Shown here piece after piece: positions 62,036 through 64,000 of a stretch of 64,000 nucleotides of DNA. The notes under the pieces were generated by a model that worked only from the letters and a program-made list of their open reading frames with translations, made no database searches and had not been told where the DNA came from. How positions within the stretch are numbered: the first letter of the stretch is position 1; each line of letters begins with the position of its first letter. A program made the translations under genes and the position numbers. The stretch spans positions 230,915-294,914 of the IMG/VR virus record IMGVR_UViG_3300027621_000003, one strand, 5' to 3'.

Positions 62036-63999
62036 TACTCTTTATTAATTTGTTTTTTAAGTTCTTTTACTTCATTTGAAAGTTCTTTAATCGCTTCAAT
62101 TAATACTGCTGTTAATTTTTCGTATTTAACTGCTTTGTATCCATTATCACGAGTAGTTACAATTTCAGGGAATACTTTTTCAACTTCTTGAGCGATTACA
62201 CCAATATCATGTCCTTCATTTTCATGAATTCCTACCATTGGTATCCAATCAAATTCATATCCACCTAATTGATTTATTTTACTTAAAGCTCCTTCAATTA
62301 ATACTTTATCAGCCTTTAATCTTTCATCTGAAGAATAGAATGCTATTACATCATTAGTTGCTCTAATTAAACCTGCGGTTGTTGGTGAACTTGTACCTAC
62401 ACCCAACGCTCCTGTCAAACTAACAGTGGTACCATTATCTGTAATTGAACTATCACCAATAGTGGTTGTGCTTGTAAATTTAACAACTCTGTTGTTTGTT
62501 CCTGATACTGAAGCTCCTGATGCACCTTGTGCTCCTTGAGGTCCTCCCGCTCCTTGTGCTCCTGTTGAACCTGTACCAGTTGCTCCTTGAGCTCCTTGTG
62601 GTCCTCCAGGTCCTTGTGGTCCAAGAGCTCCTTGAGCTCCCGCTGGTCCTTGAGGTCCCAATGGTCCTGTCGCTCCTTGTGCTCCTGTTGGTCCTGTAGC
62701 TCCTTGTGGTCCTTGAGGTCCCAATGGTCCTGTCGCTCCTTGTGCTCCTGTACCTCCAACAGCTCCTTGTGCTCCTTGGAATCCTTGAGGTCCTGGAGGT
62801 CCTATTGCTCCTTGTGCTCCTACAGGTCCTGGTGCTCCTGTTGAACCAGTAGCTCCTTGTGCTCCTACAGGTCCTTGAGGTCCTAATGGTCCTACCGCTC
62901 CTTGAGCTCCTGTTGGTCCTTGTGGTCCTGCTGGTCCTTGAGGTCCCAATGGTCCTACCGCTCCTTGTGCTCCTGTTGGTCCTTGAGGTCCCAATGGTCC
63001 TACTGCTCCTTGTGCTCCTGTTGGTCCTTGTGGTCCTAATGGTCCTACCGCTCCCTGAGCTCCTGTTGCTCCTACCGCTCCTTGAGCTCCCTGAAGTCCT
63101 GGTGCTCCCTGAGGTCCTAACGCACCTTGTGCTCCCTGAGGTCCCAATGGTCCTACAGCACCTTGTGCTCCTACCGGTCCTGGTGCTCCCTGTGGTCCTA
63201 CCGCTCCTTGTGCTCCTACCGGTCCTTGTGGTCCTAATGGTCCTACCGCTCCTTGAGCTCCTGTTGGTCCTTGTGGTCCTACCGCTCCTTGAGCTCCTAC
63301 CGGTCCTGTTGGTCCTTGTGGTCCTAATGGTCCTACCGCTCCTTGAGCTCCTGTTGGTCCTTGAGGTCCCAATGGTCCTACCGCTCCTTGAGCTCCTGTT
63401 GGTCCTTGTGGTCCTACCGCTCCTTGAGCTCCTGTTGGTCCTTGTGGTCCCAATGGTCCTACTGCTCCTTGTGCTCCTGTAGCTCCTACCGCTCCCTGAG
63501 CTCCCTGAAGTCCTGGTGCTCCCTGAGGTCCTATCGCTCCTTGAGCTCCTTGTGGTCCTAACGGTCCTACCGCTCCTTGAGCTCCTACCGGTCCTGGTGC
63601 TCCCTGTGGTCCTACCGCTCCCTGAGCTCCCTGAGGTCCCAATGGTCCAGTAGCTCCTTGTGCTCCCTGAGGTCCCAATGGTCCAGTAGCTCCTTGTGCT
63701 CCCTGAGGTCCCAATGGTCCAGTTGCTCCTTGTGCTCCTGTAGCTCCTACCGCTCCCTGAGCTCCCTGAGGTCCAGTTGCTCCTTGTGCACCCTGAGGTC
63801 CTAATGGTCCTACCGCTCCCTGAGCTCCTTGAGGTCCAGTTGCTCCTTGTGCTCCAGTAACACTAATACCTGAAGAACCTGATGTTCCCGAAGAACCTGA
63901 AGAACCACTTGAACCTGAAGTTCCGCTAGTTCCTGATGAACCACTTGAACCTGATGTTCCTGAACTTCCACTTGAACCCGATGTTCCTGAAGAACCTGA
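62035..63999 (-). CDS. Collagen-like tail fibre with C-terminal peptidase S74 intramolecular chaperone (partial; start lies beyond the window)
   Basis: Frame stays open from 63714 to the window edge; Gly-X-Y repeats; SSDERLK...[12 protein letters not shown]...[14 protein letters not shown]. Confidence 0.9.
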   Translation of the reverse strand, partial: SGSSGTSGSSGSSGTSGSSGSSGTSGTSGSSGSSGSSGTSGSSGISVTGAQGATGPQGAQGAVGPLGPQGAQGATGPQGAQGAVGATGAQGATGPLGPQGAQGATGPLGPQGAQGATGPLGPQGAQGAVGPQGAPGPVGAQGAVGPLGPQGAQGAIGPQGAPGLQGAQGAVGATGAQGAVGPLGPQGPTGAQGAVGPQGPTGAQGAVGPLGPQGPTGAQGAVGPLGPQGPTGPVGAQGAVGPQGPTGAQGAVGPLGPQGPVGAQGAVGPQGAPGPVGAQGAVGPLGPQGAQGALGPQGAPGLQGAQGAVGATGAQGAVGPLGPQGPTGAQGAVGPLGPQGPTGAQGAVGPLGPQGPAGPQGPTGAQGAVGPLGPQGPVGAQGATGSTGAPGPVGAQGAIGPPGPQGFQGAQGAVGGTGAQGATGPLGPQGPQGATGPTGAQGATGPLGPQGPAGAQGALGPQGPGGPQGAQGATGTGSTGAQGAGGPQGAQGASGASVSGTNNRVVKFTSTTTIGDSSITDNGTTVSLTGALGVGTSSPTTAGLIRATNDVIAFYSSDERLKADKVLIEGALSKINQLGGYEFDWIPMVGIHENEGHDIGVIAQEVEKVFPEIVTTRDNGYKAVKYEKLTAVLIEAIKELSNEVKELKKQINKE
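62510..63855 (-). repeat. Collagen Gly-X-Y repeat (about 150 triplets; [15 protein letters not shown])
   Basis: 9-nt periodic coding repeat with one short interruption near the C-terminal end. Confidence 0.92.
63871..63999 (-). repeat. Gly-Ser-Ser / Gly-Thr-Ser triplet repeat
   Basis: [16 protein letters not shown]... continuing to the window edge. Confidence 0.9.
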
Positions 64000-64000
64000 T

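Noticed and set aside
62415-63804. Several L/V/S-rich ORFs on both strands over the collagen gene
   Set aside because: Frame and antisense shadows of the Gly-X-Y repeat.
62510-63855. Collagen as the main substrate of animal-type prolyl 4-hydroxylation
   Set aside because: Pro is mostly at X; Y-position Pro (GAP, GPP) is rare, so the Thr-Pro tracts are the better candidate substrate.
1-64000. Eukaryotic giant virus (NCLDV) origin, suggested by SET, collagen, GSII and HPAT-like genes
   Set aside because: Bacterial sigma-70, Bacteroidota promoters, intrinsic terminators, DnaG primase, an amidase, S74 fibre chaperone and overlapping operonic genes indicate a bacteriophage.
1-64000. tRNA/rRNA genes, introns, inteins, DGR, or stop-codon reassignment
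   Set aside because: No T-loop (GTTCGAA) cloverleaf or rRNA-like stretch was seen; known enzymes are full-length and uninterrupted in the standard code; no reverse transcriptase or TR/VR pair was seen. Manual scan only.

Overview
The window is a gene-dense, AT-rich segment of a large (jumbo/huge) tailed bacteriophage genome, most likely infecting Bacteroidota. Host evidence: a Bacteroidota-type RpoD sigma factor, eight TAT[A/C]TTTG (-7 element) promoters, SprB-like repeats and a DUF6576-like tail. No terminase, capsid, rRNA, tRNA or CRISPR array was seen, so the phage call rests on T4-like Mre11/Rad50 genes, primase, RuvC, an S74-chaperoned fibre and a second, late-type promoter motif. Left part (1-30.7 kb): partial glutamine synthetase II, glutaredoxin, thioredoxin, PcfJ-like protein, Dam-family methylase, DnaJ, Hc1 histone-like protein, probable head-internal proteins, an amidase and membrane-protein block, sigma factor, replication/recombination genes and a candidate ~95-nt ncRNA. 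Middle (30.7-37.7 kb): structural proteins with Thr-Pro mucin-like repeats and Cys-rich modules. Right (37.7-64 kb): a ~23-kb glycan-modification cluster ending in three 2OG-Fe(II) hydroxylases and a collagen-like fibre. The main hypothesis is a phage-encoded protein O-glycosylation pathway resembling the plant/algal extensin route (prolyl hydroxylases, a furanose mutase and an HPAT/SGT-like transferase), plus two AAH/TibC-type heptosyltransferases, that would decorate the virion's Thr-Pro and Gly-Ser/Thr repeats. All family calls come from motif recognition by eye; no database search was run.
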